Source of the DNA: Thermoplasmata archaeon
GTDB lineage: Archaea > Thermoplasmatota > Thermoplasmata > UBA10834
Direction of reading: 5' to 3'
Length of the DNA: 64,000 nucleotides
NCBI GenBank assembly: GCA_041559015.1
Contig: JBFFED010000002.1
Location: 1,027 to 65,026, forward strand
A program made the translations under genes and the position numbers. The notes under the pieces were generated by a model. That model ran no database searches. It saw only the letters and a list, made by a program, of their open reading frames with translations, and was not told the DNA's origin. This document shows, one piece after another, positions 37,496-46,902 of the stretch (position 1 is the stretch's first letter; each line of letters opens with the position of its first letter).

Positions 37496-38911
37496 CTACG
37501 CGAAGGAGTCGAGCTTCTTCTGGAACCGGACCTTCTCCCCGGGCACCTGGAGGGGGTACTCCTCCGTCAGGCAACCAAGGCATAGGTTGCCCTGGGGATG
37601 GCCTATAGAGTCTATGAGTCCCTCGACCGATAAATACCCCATGCTGTCCGCCGTGATCATCTTCCCTATCTGCTCGATGGTCCTCCCAGTGGCGGCGAAC
37701 TGCTCTCTCGTCTTCATGTCGATTCCGAAGTAGCACGGGGCCCGGATGGGAGGGGAGCCCACCCGGACATGCACCTCCTTCGCCCCCGCGTTCCTGACCA
37801 GCTGCACGATCTGCCTGATGGTCGTCCCCCGGACGATGGAATCGTCCACGAGTATGACCCTCTGGTCCTTGAGGATGCTCTTGAGCGGGTTGAGCTTCAG
37901 CATCACGTTCGTTGTTCTCTCGGACTGCTCGGGCATGATGAACGTGCGCTCCACGTACCTGTTCTTCATGAGGCCCTCGGAGTACCTTATGCCGGACTCC
38001 TCGGAGTACCCTATCGCGTGCGACCTCCCGGAATCGGGTATCGGCACGACGACATCCGCATCGACCGGCTGCTCCTGGGCCAGCCTCTGGCCTATCTTGC
38101 GCCTGACCTCGTACACGAGCCTGCCATCAATGTTGGAGTCTGCCCTCGCGAGGTATACCCACTCGAACATGCAGTGCGCCTTGCCCTTCGAGAGCCCAGT
38201 CTTGACGGACTTGAACTCGCTCGGGAGGAGCTCGATCACCTCCCCGGGCTCGACGTCCCTCACGAACTCTCCTCCCAGGGTGTCGAACACGACGCTCTCG
38301 GATGCCGCCGCGGTGCCGTACTTGGTCTTGCCCACGCACAGCGGCCTGATGCCGAGCGGGTCCCTGATGGCGAACACCCGGCTGTCTACCATGATGGTCA
38401 TGGAGTACGACCCCTGGAGCATCGACATCAGATTCTTGAGCGACTTGACGGGGTCGCCCGTATTCGCGATGTCGTTCGCCAGCAGCCTGACGGCAATCTC
38501 GGAATCGGACGAAGTGATGAACGCCCAGCCCTTCTTCTTGAGCTCCTCCATGATCTTGCTGGCGTTCACCAATTCCCCGTTGTGCGCCAGGGCGATGTCC
38601 CCGTAGTTCGTCGAGACGACGATGGGCTGCGCGTTGTCGATGTTCGAGGTGCCGAAGGTGGAGTACCTGACATGGCCTATCCCCAGCTCGCCTTTCAGGC
38701 CCTGGATGTCCTCGGGCTTGAGGGCCTGGTGCGCCAGGCCCATCCCCTTGATCGCCTTGATGCCGCTGCCATGGACTGCGATGCCCGCGGATTCCTGGCC
38801 CCTGTGCTGGAGGACCCTGAGGGCGTAGAAGATGTCAATCGAGACGTTCCTAAGGGAGGCGATGGCGAAAACACCACATTCTTCCTGCGGATGGTCAGAC
38901 TCGATTGACAT
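37496..38911 (-). CDS. purF: Amidophosphoribosyltransferase
   Basis: EECGVF, QHRGQESAG, GHVRYST, HNGEL, VDDSIVRGTT. Confidence 0.97.
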   Translation of the reverse strand: MSIESDHPQEECGVFAIASLRNVSIDIFYALRVLQHRGQESAGIAVHGSGIKAIKGMGLAHQALKPEDIQGLKGELGIGHVRYSTFGTSNIDNAQPIVVSTNYGDIALAHNGELVNASKIMEELKKKGWAFITSSDSEIAVRLLANDIANTGDPVKSLKNLMSMLQGSYSMTIMVDSRVFAIRDPLGIRPLCVGKTKYGTAAASESVVFDTLGGEFVRDVEPGEVIELLPSEFKSVKTGLSKGKAHCMFEWVYLARADSNIDGRLVYEVRRKIGQRLAQEQPVDADVVVPIPDSGRSHAIGYSEESGIRYSEGLMKNRYVERTFIMPEQSERTTNVMLKLNPLKSILKDQRVILVDDSIVRGTTIRQIVQLVRNAGAKEVHVRVGSPPIRAPCYFGIDMKTREQFAATGRTIEQIGKMITADSMGYLSVEGLIDSIGHPQGNLCLGCLTEEYPLQVPGEKVRFQKKLDSFA

Positions 38912-38941
38912 TACCTCCCCTGCCCACTGGGAAAGTGCCAC

Positions 38942-39109
38942 TCAATGCAGCTTCGCCCAGTTGTAGCGTCTCATCTTGGCCGTGGCCCCGAAGCCACAGG
39001 AGGCACAGACCTTGTGCCTCACGTGATATGCCCTCTTGCCGCAGCGCCTGCACACTATGTGCGTCTTCCTGCTGCCGCGTTTTCCCATCGATGGGGTGCC
39101 CTTCGTCAT
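38942..39109 (-). CDS. rpl37e: 50S ribosomal protein L37e (absent from ORF track)
   Basis: Hand translation [41 protein letters not shown]... Confidence 0.97.
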   Translation of the reverse strand: MTKGTPSMGKRGSRKTHIVCRRCGKRAYHVRHKVCASCGFGATAKMRRYNWAKLH

Positions 39110-39120
39110 TCGCCCCTACC

Positions 39121-39336
39121 TCAAGGTGAGATGTAGATAACATTGTCGCCGCGGACGATGGTCGTCTCCATCTTCCGGACCACCTGGCTATCGTGGGTCT
39201 CCTCAGCGTTCTTGAGCACCAGGTTCATGTGCGGGTCGTAGCCGTCCAGGATGCCTCGGTAGCCTCTCTTGCCCTTGAGTTCCACCATGACCTGCTGGTT
39301 GATCGACTTGTTCAGAACAGCCAGGGGTTTCATCAA
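39121..39336 (-). CDS. Sm-like (Lsm/SmAP1) protein
   Basis: GILDGYDPHMNLVL, IVRGDNVIYISP; conserved lsm-rpl37e order. Confidence 0.95.
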   Translation of the reverse strand: MMKPLAVLNKSINQQVMVELKGKRGYRGILDGYDPHMNLVLKNAEETHDSQVVRKMETTIVRGDNVIYISP

Positions 39337-39437
39337 ATCAAGTCACCAAGGGCAGGATATCAGGTGCCGTACTTAAAGCTTTGCGGTCGCGGGACAGGGG
39401 CCAGTCGGATGACTGGCTATGGCTTTTCCTGGCCCTT

Positions 39438-39911
39438 TCAGAGCTGCACGGTCGTGTCTTCCTTTATCCTGTCGAGGATGAGGTATGTGTTGCTCCTCTC
39501 GACCTCGTCTATCTTGATGAACGCATCCACGATGTTCTTGAGCTCCTCCCTCGAGGAGGCCCTCAAGAGCACTGCGAAGTCAATGTTCCCGAGCAGGAAG
39601 TAGACGGCCCAGACGCCCTGAATCTTGGCTATCTTCTCGCCAATCTTCCGGGAGTACTCGGGCCCGTACCTGCCGGTGACGAGGGATATCGCGAGTATCT
39701 CCTTGCCGACCTTGAGCGGGTCCACGTTCGCCTTGAACCCTGTGATCACGCCCTCCTCTATCAGCCTGTTGACCCTGTAGTGGACCGTGGAGGACGAGAG
39801 CCCCGTCTTCTCGCCTATCTTCTTGAGGCTGACGTTGCAGTCCTCTTGAAGCATCTTCAGAATGATCCTGTCGTTCTTGTCAAGTGTCACCGAATCGTCT
39901 TTCTCCGTCAA
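39438..39911 (-). CDS. Lrp/AsnC regulator
   Basis: LDKNDRIILKMLQEDCNVSLKKIGEKTGLSSSTVHYRVNRL. Confidence 0.9.
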   Translation of the reverse strand: MTEKDDSVTLDKNDRIILKMLQEDCNVSLKKIGEKTGLSSSTVHYRVNRLIEEGVITGFKANVDPLKVGKEILAISLVTGRYGPEYSRKIGEKIAKIQGVWAVYFLLGNIDFAVLLRASSREELKNIVDAFIKIDEVERSNTYLILDRIKEDTTVQL

Positions 39912-40155
39912 GGGCGCTCCCCCGATACCTTTCGAAAAGAGTACAACGGATTCGAATTGATAACGCTTTCGATGCACCCCAGTCGAACAGAAAGGATTTC
40001 AGGGGGTCCGCAATACGAAAAACACGGGTCGATGACGAAAATCAGAGGGAACGCCCCCTGGTATCGATGGAAAACCGTCTAGAACGGCTCTGGAAGTCCG
40101 AATACGAGAATTGCTGTGCCGCGTCTCCCCGGCCACGCATCGAACATCGTTCGGC

Positions 40156-41328
40156 TCACACGAACGCGCCTATGGTAGGGAGGTCGAGCAGGTCCATGTC
40201 GAAGAACACAATCCCCTCCATGATCTCCCGGGAGCCGAGCCTGTCCGTCCCTGCCAGTCCCGCCAGGAAGGACGCCCTCCACCAGAGGTCCAGGGCGTTG
40301 TTCGCGAGCGCGCCCAGGTATACCTGGGCGAGGTTGTACCCGTAGCCCTCCATATCGCACAGGTGGGCCGCGTGCCCGAGGAAGCAGTCCCTGCCGTTGA
40401 CGGTCCTGAGGTAGTCCTCGAACGCCCTCCTGCCCGAGGCGGTCATGGGCGTCAGGTGCACAGAGGCAGGCCCCGTCCTAGAAGTCTCCTCGACGGAGCC
40501 GTCCTCCGAGAGCCTGTAGCCGACTATCGTCTCCCCCTGGAGCTTGAACACGTTCCAGTTAAACTTCCTGTCTACATAGACAGGAAGCATGCTCAAGTCT
40601 TCCAGGTCGAACAGCTCCGCGCCGTCCATGACCGCGAGTTCCTCGATGTCCGAGGAGGCCTCCGACTGCCTCACGAGCCTCACTATGTCGCGCGCGCCCG
40701 TGTTCTGGCGCGTGTGCCCGTGTTCCGCATACGTGAGCGCCCTGCTGAGCCCCATCTCGTCCGCGAGGTCCTCGATCACGACGCTCCCCGCGTCCCGGAG
40801 CGAACCGGTGGACTGTGCCACCTTGGCCCGCCTCGTGTTGTCCAGGAATTCTCTGAAGACTTCCCTTGCATCCTTGAGCTCCTTCTCCAGTTCTGGCCTC
40901 TCATAATCCTGAAGGACGGTCCTCGCGAGCTGTTCGAGTCTCTCGCCTTCGAGCCCGATCCCCCTGCACGAGAGGTTCGCGTTGACCTGTATCCTCCAGC
41001 CGACGAAGATGTTGATCGGGAACGCCCGACAGAAGTGCGGCCTGTCCTGGTATATCGTGCACCTCCTCCCGGACAGGAAGTGACAGGCCCCGTGCTCCCC
41101 CCTGAGCTTGATGGCCGCTCCCCTCACCTCAGGCGATATGTGCGACTCGACGACGGAGTCCCTGAGCAGGGGGTCCGCCCTGAACCTGCTTTCTTCCCGG
41201 GGGAGCAGCTCGGGCTGGCAGAGGCAGCAGAGCGCGCACTTGTCTATGCACCTGTAGCTCCTGCCCATGACCTCGGAGAAGTCCGTCTCGAGGGGATTAC
41301 TCTGGCCGGCCAACGACGTCCCTTCCAT
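40156..41328 (-). CDS. YkgJ-type Cys-cluster protein with long C-terminal domain
   Basis: CIDKCALCC...CHFL...CTIYQDRPHFCRAFP. Confidence 0.75.
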   Translation of the reverse strand: MEGTSLAGQSNPLETDFSEVMGRSYRCIDKCALCCLCQPELLPREESRFRADPLLRDSVVESHISPEVRGAAIKLRGEHGACHFLSGRRCTIYQDRPHFCRAFPINIFVGWRIQVNANLSCRGIGLEGERLEQLARTVLQDYERPELEKELKDAREVFREFLDNTRRAKVAQSTGSLRDAGSVVIEDLADEMGLSRALTYAEHGHTRQNTGARDIVRLVRQSEASSDIEELAVMDGAELFDLEDLSMLPVYVDRKFNWNVFKLQGETIVGYRLSEDGSVEETSRTGPASVHLTPMTASGRRAFEDYLRTVNGRDCFLGHAAHLCDMEGYGYNLAQVYLGALANNALDLWWRASFLAGLAGTDRLGSREIMEGIVFFDMDLLDLPTIGAFV

Positions 41329-42562
41329 TGCGTTCTCCCACCAGGTACCCGTCCTCCACTATGACCTCGCCCCTGAGGAAGACGGCCTTGGGGAATATAC
41401 CGTGCATGCCCTCGAAGGCGCTCCAGGCGCACTTCGAATGCAGCCTCGAGCCCTTGATGACGCTCGTGGATGACATGTCGACCACCGTCAGGTCGGCGTC
41501 GTACCCGGGCGCGATCCTGCCCTTCCTGACACCGTATATCTCCGCCGGGCGCTCGCACAGCGCCCTGACCACAGAGCTGAGGTCGAGGTGTCTCTCCCTG
41601 ACGTGGTGGAGCATGAGGGGGAACATCGTCTCGACGCCCGGCATTCCCGTTGGGGCGTAATCGAAGTCCTCCTCCTTCTCCTCCAGGGTGTGGGGCGCAT
41701 GGTCGGACGCGATGATGTCGAAGGCGCCGTCCTTGAACGCCTGGAACAGGCCATGCCGGTCATCCCTGCGCCTGAGGGGCGGGTTCACCTTTCCCAGGGT
41801 GCCTGCCCTGCTCGAAGTGTCCAGGAGCAGGTGGTGTGGCGTCACCTCCGATGTGAGGTTGGGTACTTTGGCAATGAGGGGGACCGAGTTCCTGGCGGAC
41901 ACATGACATATGTGCAGCCTGCAGGCCTTTGCGTACTCCCTGACCTTCCTGATGGCGCTCGCCTCGCAGTCCTTATTCCTGTTCTTCATATGGTCCTCGA
42001 GGCTCTCCTCCGGCTCCTTGCGTCTGAGGGACTCGTCCTCCGCGTGCACCGCGAGGACCTTGCCTGAGGCGGCGACCGCCCGCAGCTGCTCACCGACCTG
42101 GTCGAGCGACTGAACCAGCAGCTCGCCCGTCGTGCTGGCCATGTACAGTTTGAACCCGATGACGTCCTTGGAGAGCGTGGCGATGTCCGTGCCCGGCCTG
42201 ACCCCGGCGAAGAGCCCGAAGTCCACCAGACTCTTGCTCTCCGCGATCCTCTTCTTGTCCCTGAGCGCGGACGGAGTCGTAGTCGGCGGTCTGGTGTTGG
42301 GCATGTCGAACACGCATGTGACTCCGCCGCATATCGCTGCCATGGACCCCGTCCCGAAGTCCTCCTTGTTGGTCATCCCGGGGTCCCTGAAGTGCACGTG
42401 CGAGTCTATCGCCCCCGGGAGGATCGTCTTGCCGCCGAACTTGTAGACCTTGTCGCCGTCGAGCGTCTTCGCTATCTCTGAGATCCTGCCGTTCTCGATG
42501 CCTACGCAGCACCTTTCGAGCCTGCCAGAGACGTAGCAGTTACCCTCGACCACAACTTCCAT
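41297..42562 (-). CDS. pyrC: Dihydroorotase
   Basis: DSHVHFRDPG, HICHVS, EVTPHHL, KVNPPLR, ASDHAPH. Confidence 0.9.
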   Translation of the reverse strand: MEVVVEGNCYVSGRLERCCVGIENGRISEIAKTLDGDKVYKFGGKTILPGAIDSHVHFRDPGMTNKEDFGTGSMAAICGGVTCVFDMPNTRPPTTTPSALRDKKRIAESKSLVDFGLFAGVRPGTDIATLSKDVIGFKLYMASTTGELLVQSLDQVGEQLRAVAASGKVLAVHAEDESLRRKEPEESLEDHMKNRNKDCEASAIRKVREYAKACRLHICHVSARNSVPLIAKVPNLTSEVTPHHLLLDTSSRAGTLGKVNPPLRRRDDRHGLFQAFKDGAFDIIASDHAPHTLEEKEEDFDYAPTGMPGVETMFPLMLHHVRERHLDLSSVVRALCERPAEIYGVRKGRIAPGYDADLTVVDMSSTSVIKGSRLHSKCAWSAFEGMHGIFPKAVFLRGEVIVEDGYLVGERNGRDVVGRPE

Positions 42563-43166
42563 GCTCTTCACTGAGTGACCTTCGCTTGACGTCCCCGCCG
42601 GGTCTGACCTCGGAGAACACCTCCGCCTGGAACTTGAACACCTTGGTGCCCTGCTGAAGCCAAGCATCGGGCATCAGGCCTGCCTTGAGACAGCATTGGG
42701 ACAGGAACTCCTCGGCGTCCCAGTCCCACTCGACCGGGACCTGCGGCAGGAGCAGCCCTCTGGAGAACCCTCTCTGGATGATCAGGCCGTCCTCGCCGAT
42801 CCTGACATGGTCTCGATGCTCGACGGCCCTCTTTACTCTGACCTCCTCAGGGGACGTGAGCAGGCTCACCTCGACCGATATCTTGTCCAGCTCGCCGTCC
42901 CTGACCGGTGGGAACCTCGGGTCCTTCGAGGCCGCGCTTATCGCTGCGTCCCTGAGGGCCTCTATCAGGGGCATGATCGGCTCGGGGTAGCCGATGCACC
43001 CCCGGAGGTCGCCCGTAGGGTAGGCACTGAGGGTGACGAACACCCCGGACTTCTGCTTGAATATCGGGGGCGTCGGGAACTCCTTCGGCTTCGCCTTCCT
43101 CACGTGGTTCTCGACCACGTTCCTCGCGACCCTGACCGCCAGCTCGCCATCCTCATCCGAGAACAT
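42540..43166 (-). CDS. AMMECR1 family protein
   Basis: GVFVTL, LRGCIG, DPRF, GLLLPQV. Confidence 0.92.
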   Translation of the reverse strand: MFSDEDGELAVRVARNVVENHVRKAKPKEFPTPPIFKQKSGVFVTLSAYPTGDLRGCIGYPEPIMPLIEALRDAAISAASKDPRFPPVRDGELDKISVEVSLLTSPEEVRVKRAVEHRDHVRIGEDGLIIQRGFSRGLLLPQVPVEWDWDAEEFLSQCCLKAGLMPDAWLQQGTKVFKFQAEVFSEVRPGGDVKRRSLSEEHGSCGRG

Positions 43167-43305
43167 ACCACTCGCTCTGCGTGGATGGAGTACTGCCCAT
43201 AAAAGGCTTTATGGCCGTCTTATCGGACTGTCTGGCGCGCGTGCGCGGCGATGTCGCGCCTGCCGAGTCCTCCAGACGTCTGGCCTGGGAACCGTGCGCC
43301 AAGTC

Positions 43306-43313
43306 TTAAATAT
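43306..43313 (+). promoter_or_regulatory. TATA box of the V4R-roadblock pair
   Basis: TTAAATAT about 30 nt upstream of ATG 43343. Confidence 0.55.
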
Positions 43314-43342
43314 CCACCACTCGAATCCCAGAGAGACCAGCG

Positions 43343-43759
43343 ATGAAGTTCGTCAAGCTTTCTCAATCCGAGTTCGAGGAGATCAGGAAGCTGTACGAGG
43401 GGGTCATGTCCCAAGCCTGCTACGGCCTCTTCTTCCGAGAGGGCATGATACTCGGCGAGGAGATGTCAAAGATCGCCATGCAGGAGCCCGAGAAGTACTT
43501 CGAGATATGCGCGAACCTGTTGCGCGCGCGCGGGTGGGTGGACAACATTGTCTTCGAGGAGTCCACCGCCGTGGCCGAGGGGTCGATCGAGGCTTCGAGC
43601 ACGGCGAACGGGTGCGCCACATGCCACCGGCTGAGGGGCATCGTGAGGAAGGTCTACGAGGCCCAGATGCACAGGCGGCTGCACTGCGAGGAGATAGAGT
43701 GCATGAGCAGAGGGGACAAGCGCTGCGTCTTCAAGGTGGAATCTGTAGGGGGAGAATAG
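43343..43759 (+). CDS. Stand-alone V4R domain protein
   Basis: ARGW; CHRLRGIV; CEEIECMSRGDKRCVF. Confidence 0.8.
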   Translation: MKFVKLSQSEFEEIRKLYEGVMSQACYGLFFREGMILGEEMSKIAMQEPEKYFEICANLLRARGWVDNIVFEESTAVAEGSIEASSTANGCATCHRLRGIVRKVYEAQMHRRLHCEEIECMSRGDKRCVFKVESVGGE

Positions 43760-43760
43760 G

Positions 43761-44108
43761 ATGGAACTCAAGCCTGCCCTCAGGTCGCTCAGGAGCAGCT
43801 GCGGGTCCGTGGCGTCCGCGGTCATCAGCAGGGACGGCCTCGTGATAGCCGCCGACATGCCGGAGGGCGTGTCGATGGAGACATTCGCGATCATGTGCGC
43901 GACCCTGATGGGCGCCGCATCGACGGCGAACTCGGAGTTGCGTGTGGGGACGCCCCAGCACATCATAGTCGAGTCGGAGGAGGCGAAGATGGTCGCGGTT
44001 GGCGCTGGGCGTAAGGCCCTCGTCGTCGCGGTCATCGGCAAGAAGGCCGACGCCGCGCTCGCGATCAAGAAGCTCGACGAGATGGCTGAGACCATCAAGA
44101 TGATATGA
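43761..44108 (+). CDS. Roadblock/LC7 (MglB-like) protein
   Basis: SAVISRDGLVIAADMP...FAIMCATLMGAA. Confidence 0.88.
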   Translation: MELKPALRSLRSSCGSVASAVISRDGLVIAADMPEGVSMETFAIMCATLMGAASTANSELRVGTPQHIIVESEEAKMVAVGAGRKALVVAVIGKKADAALAIKKLDEMAETIKMI

Positions 44109-44160
44109 GCCGCCTTCGAGAAACCGATAAGGGGTTTTCCAGGGGTTTGTGCCTGAGAGC

Positions 44161-45996
44161 CTAGGCCAGGTCCAGCTCCTTCATCTTCTCCGGTGTGGGC
44201 TCCCCGTCATGGGTCCACCCGCGGGACTTCATGTAGTCGTCGAGCATCGTGTTCATCTCCTCGACGGATATCTTCGAGCCCTTGGAGACGCCCTCGGGTA
44301 TCGGGTCCTCGAGCACCCTCGGGGGCAACAGCCAGTCCTTCCTCGTCACACCTTCCCGGTGGTTGAAAGCGCCCTTCATGTTGTGGACCCTCTCGCCTAT
44401 CTTCAGGAGCTCCTCCTCGGTGAACTTCAGGCCGGTTATGGCCTCTAACACCTCAGGCAGCTTGGCGATCAGGTAGAATCCCCTCGAGAACTTGCACAGC
44501 CCGACTGAGTCGTAGACGCACATGAAGTTCTCCATCGTGGCGACCATCTCGCCCTTGCCTGCGGTCGAGAACCTGTCGATGCCCTCCCACTTCCAGAACT
44601 TGCCCACGAGCTCGGGCGCGTAGAACCCCGCCCTCAGGTGGCATGCCCCTCTCGTGGAGGTCATGTACGCGAGCCCGTGCCCTTTCATGCCCCTGACATC
44701 GTACGCAGGAGGCTCCATGCCCTTCGTGTGGATGGCGTACCTCTCGGAGCCCTTGCCTATCCTCTGCGCGGCCACCTTGACGCCGTCCGCGAGCCCCTCG
44801 CCGAAGCCCTTCCTGTTGCCGATCATCTCGACCATCTTCGGCACTGCGTCAGAGGCGTTGCTCCAGGAGAGGTCGAGCCCCACCTCATCCTTTGTGATTA
44901 TCCCGCGCTGGTACAGCTCCATCGCGAAGCCTATCGTGACCCCGCATGAGATGGTGTCCAGGCCTAGGAGGTCGCACAGCTCGTTCGCCTTCGCGACGCT
45001 CTCGACATCCGAGTTGCCGCAGGTCCCCCCGAGGGAGTACAGCGTTTCGTACTCGATGCCGTCTATCGCCACGCCCGCGAACTTGCCCGACTCGACCTCG
45101 AACAGCTTCCCGCACGGCTTGGTGCACGCGAAGCAGGCCTTGTTCTTGGAGACGTACTTCGGAGCCCAGTAGTACGGGTCTATCTTCTCGCGCTCGTTGA
45201 ACACGCTCTCCTGCCAGTTCCGGGTCGGGAAGACTCCCCTGTCCTTGTTTATCCAGCCCAGGAACTCGCCGGTGCCGTACTTCGTGTCCTCGACGAACGA
45301 CGGCGCCGCCTCGTACACCTTCTGGTACTGGAGCGCCAGCTGGAGGAGCTTGTCCGGGTCCGCGGGGACCAGGTCCTTCGTGCCCCTGATGACTATGGCC
45401 TTGAGCATCTTCGAGCCCATGACCGCTCCGAGGCCTCCCCTGCCGGACTGCCGGTCCTCGCAGTCGATGCCAGCCATCCGGGAGAGCTTCTCGCCCGCGA
45501 CGCCTATGCACGCGACCTTGACGTCCCAGCCGTGGCGCTTCTTGAGTATCTCCGGGACCTCCCTGGTGTCCTTACCCCAGAGGTCTCTGGCCTCCAGGAT
45601 CTCGACCTTCTCGTCCTCTATCCACAGATAGACCGGCTCGTCCGACTTGCCGACTATCTCGAGCGCGTCGTAGCCCGCGTGCCTGAGCTCAGGCCCGATC
45701 GATCCGCCCATGATGCTCTCCGCGAGGCCGCCGGTCGCGGGCGACTTCGCCGCGAAGGCGACCTTGCCACCAGTGCCCACAGGGAACCCGTCGAACGCGC
45801 CGCCCGCAATCGCGAACACGTTGTCCGCGCCGAAAGTGTCCGCTCCAGGGGGCATGTCGTGGTACACTATCTGTACCGCGAACCCCTGTCCTCCGAGGTA
45901 CTTGCGGGCGTACTTCTCGTCGAAGGTCCGCTCGCTCGACTTCCCCTCGCTCAGGTCGACCTTGAGTATCTTGCCAGTGTATCCCTTCATGGTCAT
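44161..45996 (-). CDS. aor: Aldehyde:ferredoxin oxidoreductase (W-pterin family)
   Basis: GKILKVDLS, KSPATG, GRGGLGAVMGSKMLKAI, CFACTKPC, GLDTIS, RGACH. Confidence 0.92.
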   Translation of the reverse strand: MTMKGYTGKILKVDLSEGKSSERTFDEKYARKYLGGQGFAVQIVYHDMPPGADTFGADNVFAIAGGAFDGFPVGTGGKVAFAAKSPATGGLAESIMGGSIGPELRHAGYDALEIVGKSDEPVYLWIEDEKVEILEARDLWGKDTREVPEILKKRHGWDVKVACIGVAGEKLSRMAGIDCEDRQSGRGGLGAVMGSKMLKAIVIRGTKDLVPADPDKLLQLALQYQKVYEAAPSFVEDTKYGTGEFLGWINKDRGVFPTRNWQESVFNEREKIDPYYWAPKYVSKNKACFACTKPCGKLFEVESGKFAGVAIDGIEYETLYSLGGTCGNSDVESVAKANELCDLLGLDTISCGVTIGFAMELYQRGIITKDEVGLDLSWSNASDAVPKMVEMIGNRKGFGEGLADGVKVAAQRIGKGSERYAIHTKGMEPPAYDVRGMKGHGLAYMTSTRGACHLRAGFYAPELVGKFWKWEGIDRFSTAGKGEMVATMENFMCVYDSVGLCKFSRGFYLIAKLPEVLEAITGLKFTEEELLKIGERVHNMKGAFNHREGVTRKDWLLPPRVLEDPIPEGVSKGSKISVEEMNTMLDDYMKSRGWTHDGEPTPEKMKELDLA

Positions 45997-46442
45997 TCCT
46001 CCTCCTGCAGGAGAGCCCTGACCTTCTCGTACTGCTCCTTCTTCGGCTCCTCGTACACGATGGCCTTCATCGGGCAGAACTTGACGCAGGTCGGGTCACC
46101 CCCGCACAGGTCGCACTTGAAGGCGGTCTCCTCCATGCGCATCACGCCGTACGGGCATACCTCGACGCAGGCGCCGCACGCGGTGCACAGCTCCTGGTCG
46201 ACGTGCACGACGCCGTCCTTCTTCTTGATCGCGTCCACAGGGCAGTGGAGCATACAGCATTCCTTCCCGCAGGCCACGCACTGCGTGCACACTGATGGGA
46301 AGTCGATCTTCACTCCTCGCCTGTGCACCTGCAGGCGCGCGTTCGCGTGGTTCACGACCTTGTCGTGGTATATGGTGCAGGCCATCTCGCAGAACCTGCA
46401 GCCAGTGCAGTTCTCAGGGTAGGGTACCAACATCTTGACCAT
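45993..46442 (-). CDS. 4Fe-4S dicluster protein (AOR partner)
   Basis: CTGCRFCEMAC, CTACGACVEVCPYG, KCDLC. Confidence 0.9.
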   Translation of the reverse strand: MVKMLVPYPENCTGCRFCEMACTIYHDKVVNHANARLQVHRRGVKIDFPSVCTQCVACGKECCMLHCPVDAIKKKDGVVHVDQELCTACGACVEVCPYGVMRMEETAFKCDLCGGDPTCVKFCPMKAIVYEEPKKEQYEKVRALLQEEE

Positions 46443-46533
46443 ACTGACTCTCCCCCTTGGATTCAGAGGCGTCTCTCAGTAACGGAATACGCTTAAAAAA
46501 GCTGTGCCCTCCGGGCCGGTGCTTCTCGGAATC

Positions 46534-46902
46534 TCACTTCGATTTGCGTCTCTGCTTCGGCCGCTGCTTCGCCTTTGGGGACTGCTTGATCTCGATCCTC
46601 TTCAGATCCGCCTTCTTCTCGGGCGTCTCCTTCTCGATCTCCGAAAGGACCACGTCGATGGCGCTCTTCACGGCCAGGAGCATCTCCTTCTCTGCCCTGT
46701 GTATCCTGGTCTTCGTCTCCTCGGGGACGTTCAACTGCTTCACCGCGGAGTTCGCGGCCTGTAGGGCCTCCGTGCCCGCGTTGATGAAGTGCGTCATCGT
46801 TTCCTTCGTGACGACGTTCTTCGTGATCTCCTCAAGATGCCTTTCTAGGCGCTTTGCGGCCTCTAGGCTTTCTTCCACCTTTTCTCTTGCCAACTTCCTC
46901 AC
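46534..46902 (-). CDS. Small helical protein downstream of the ArsA-like ATPase
   Basis: Amphipathic helices, basic tail; overlaps the upstream gene. Confidence 0.6.
   Translation of the reverse strand: MRKLAREKVEESLEAAKRLERHLEEITKNVVTKETMTHFINAGTEALQAANSAVKQLNVPEETKTRIHRAEKEMLLAVKSAIDVVLSEIEKETPEKKADLKRIEIKQSPKAKQRPKQRRKSK

Noticed and set aside
37746-38908. Long antisense or alternate-frame ORFs (e.g. 37746-38606, 37769-38908, 40111-41364, 50910-51797)
   Set aside because: Shadow ORFs expected opposite or overlapping real genes in high-GC DNA.
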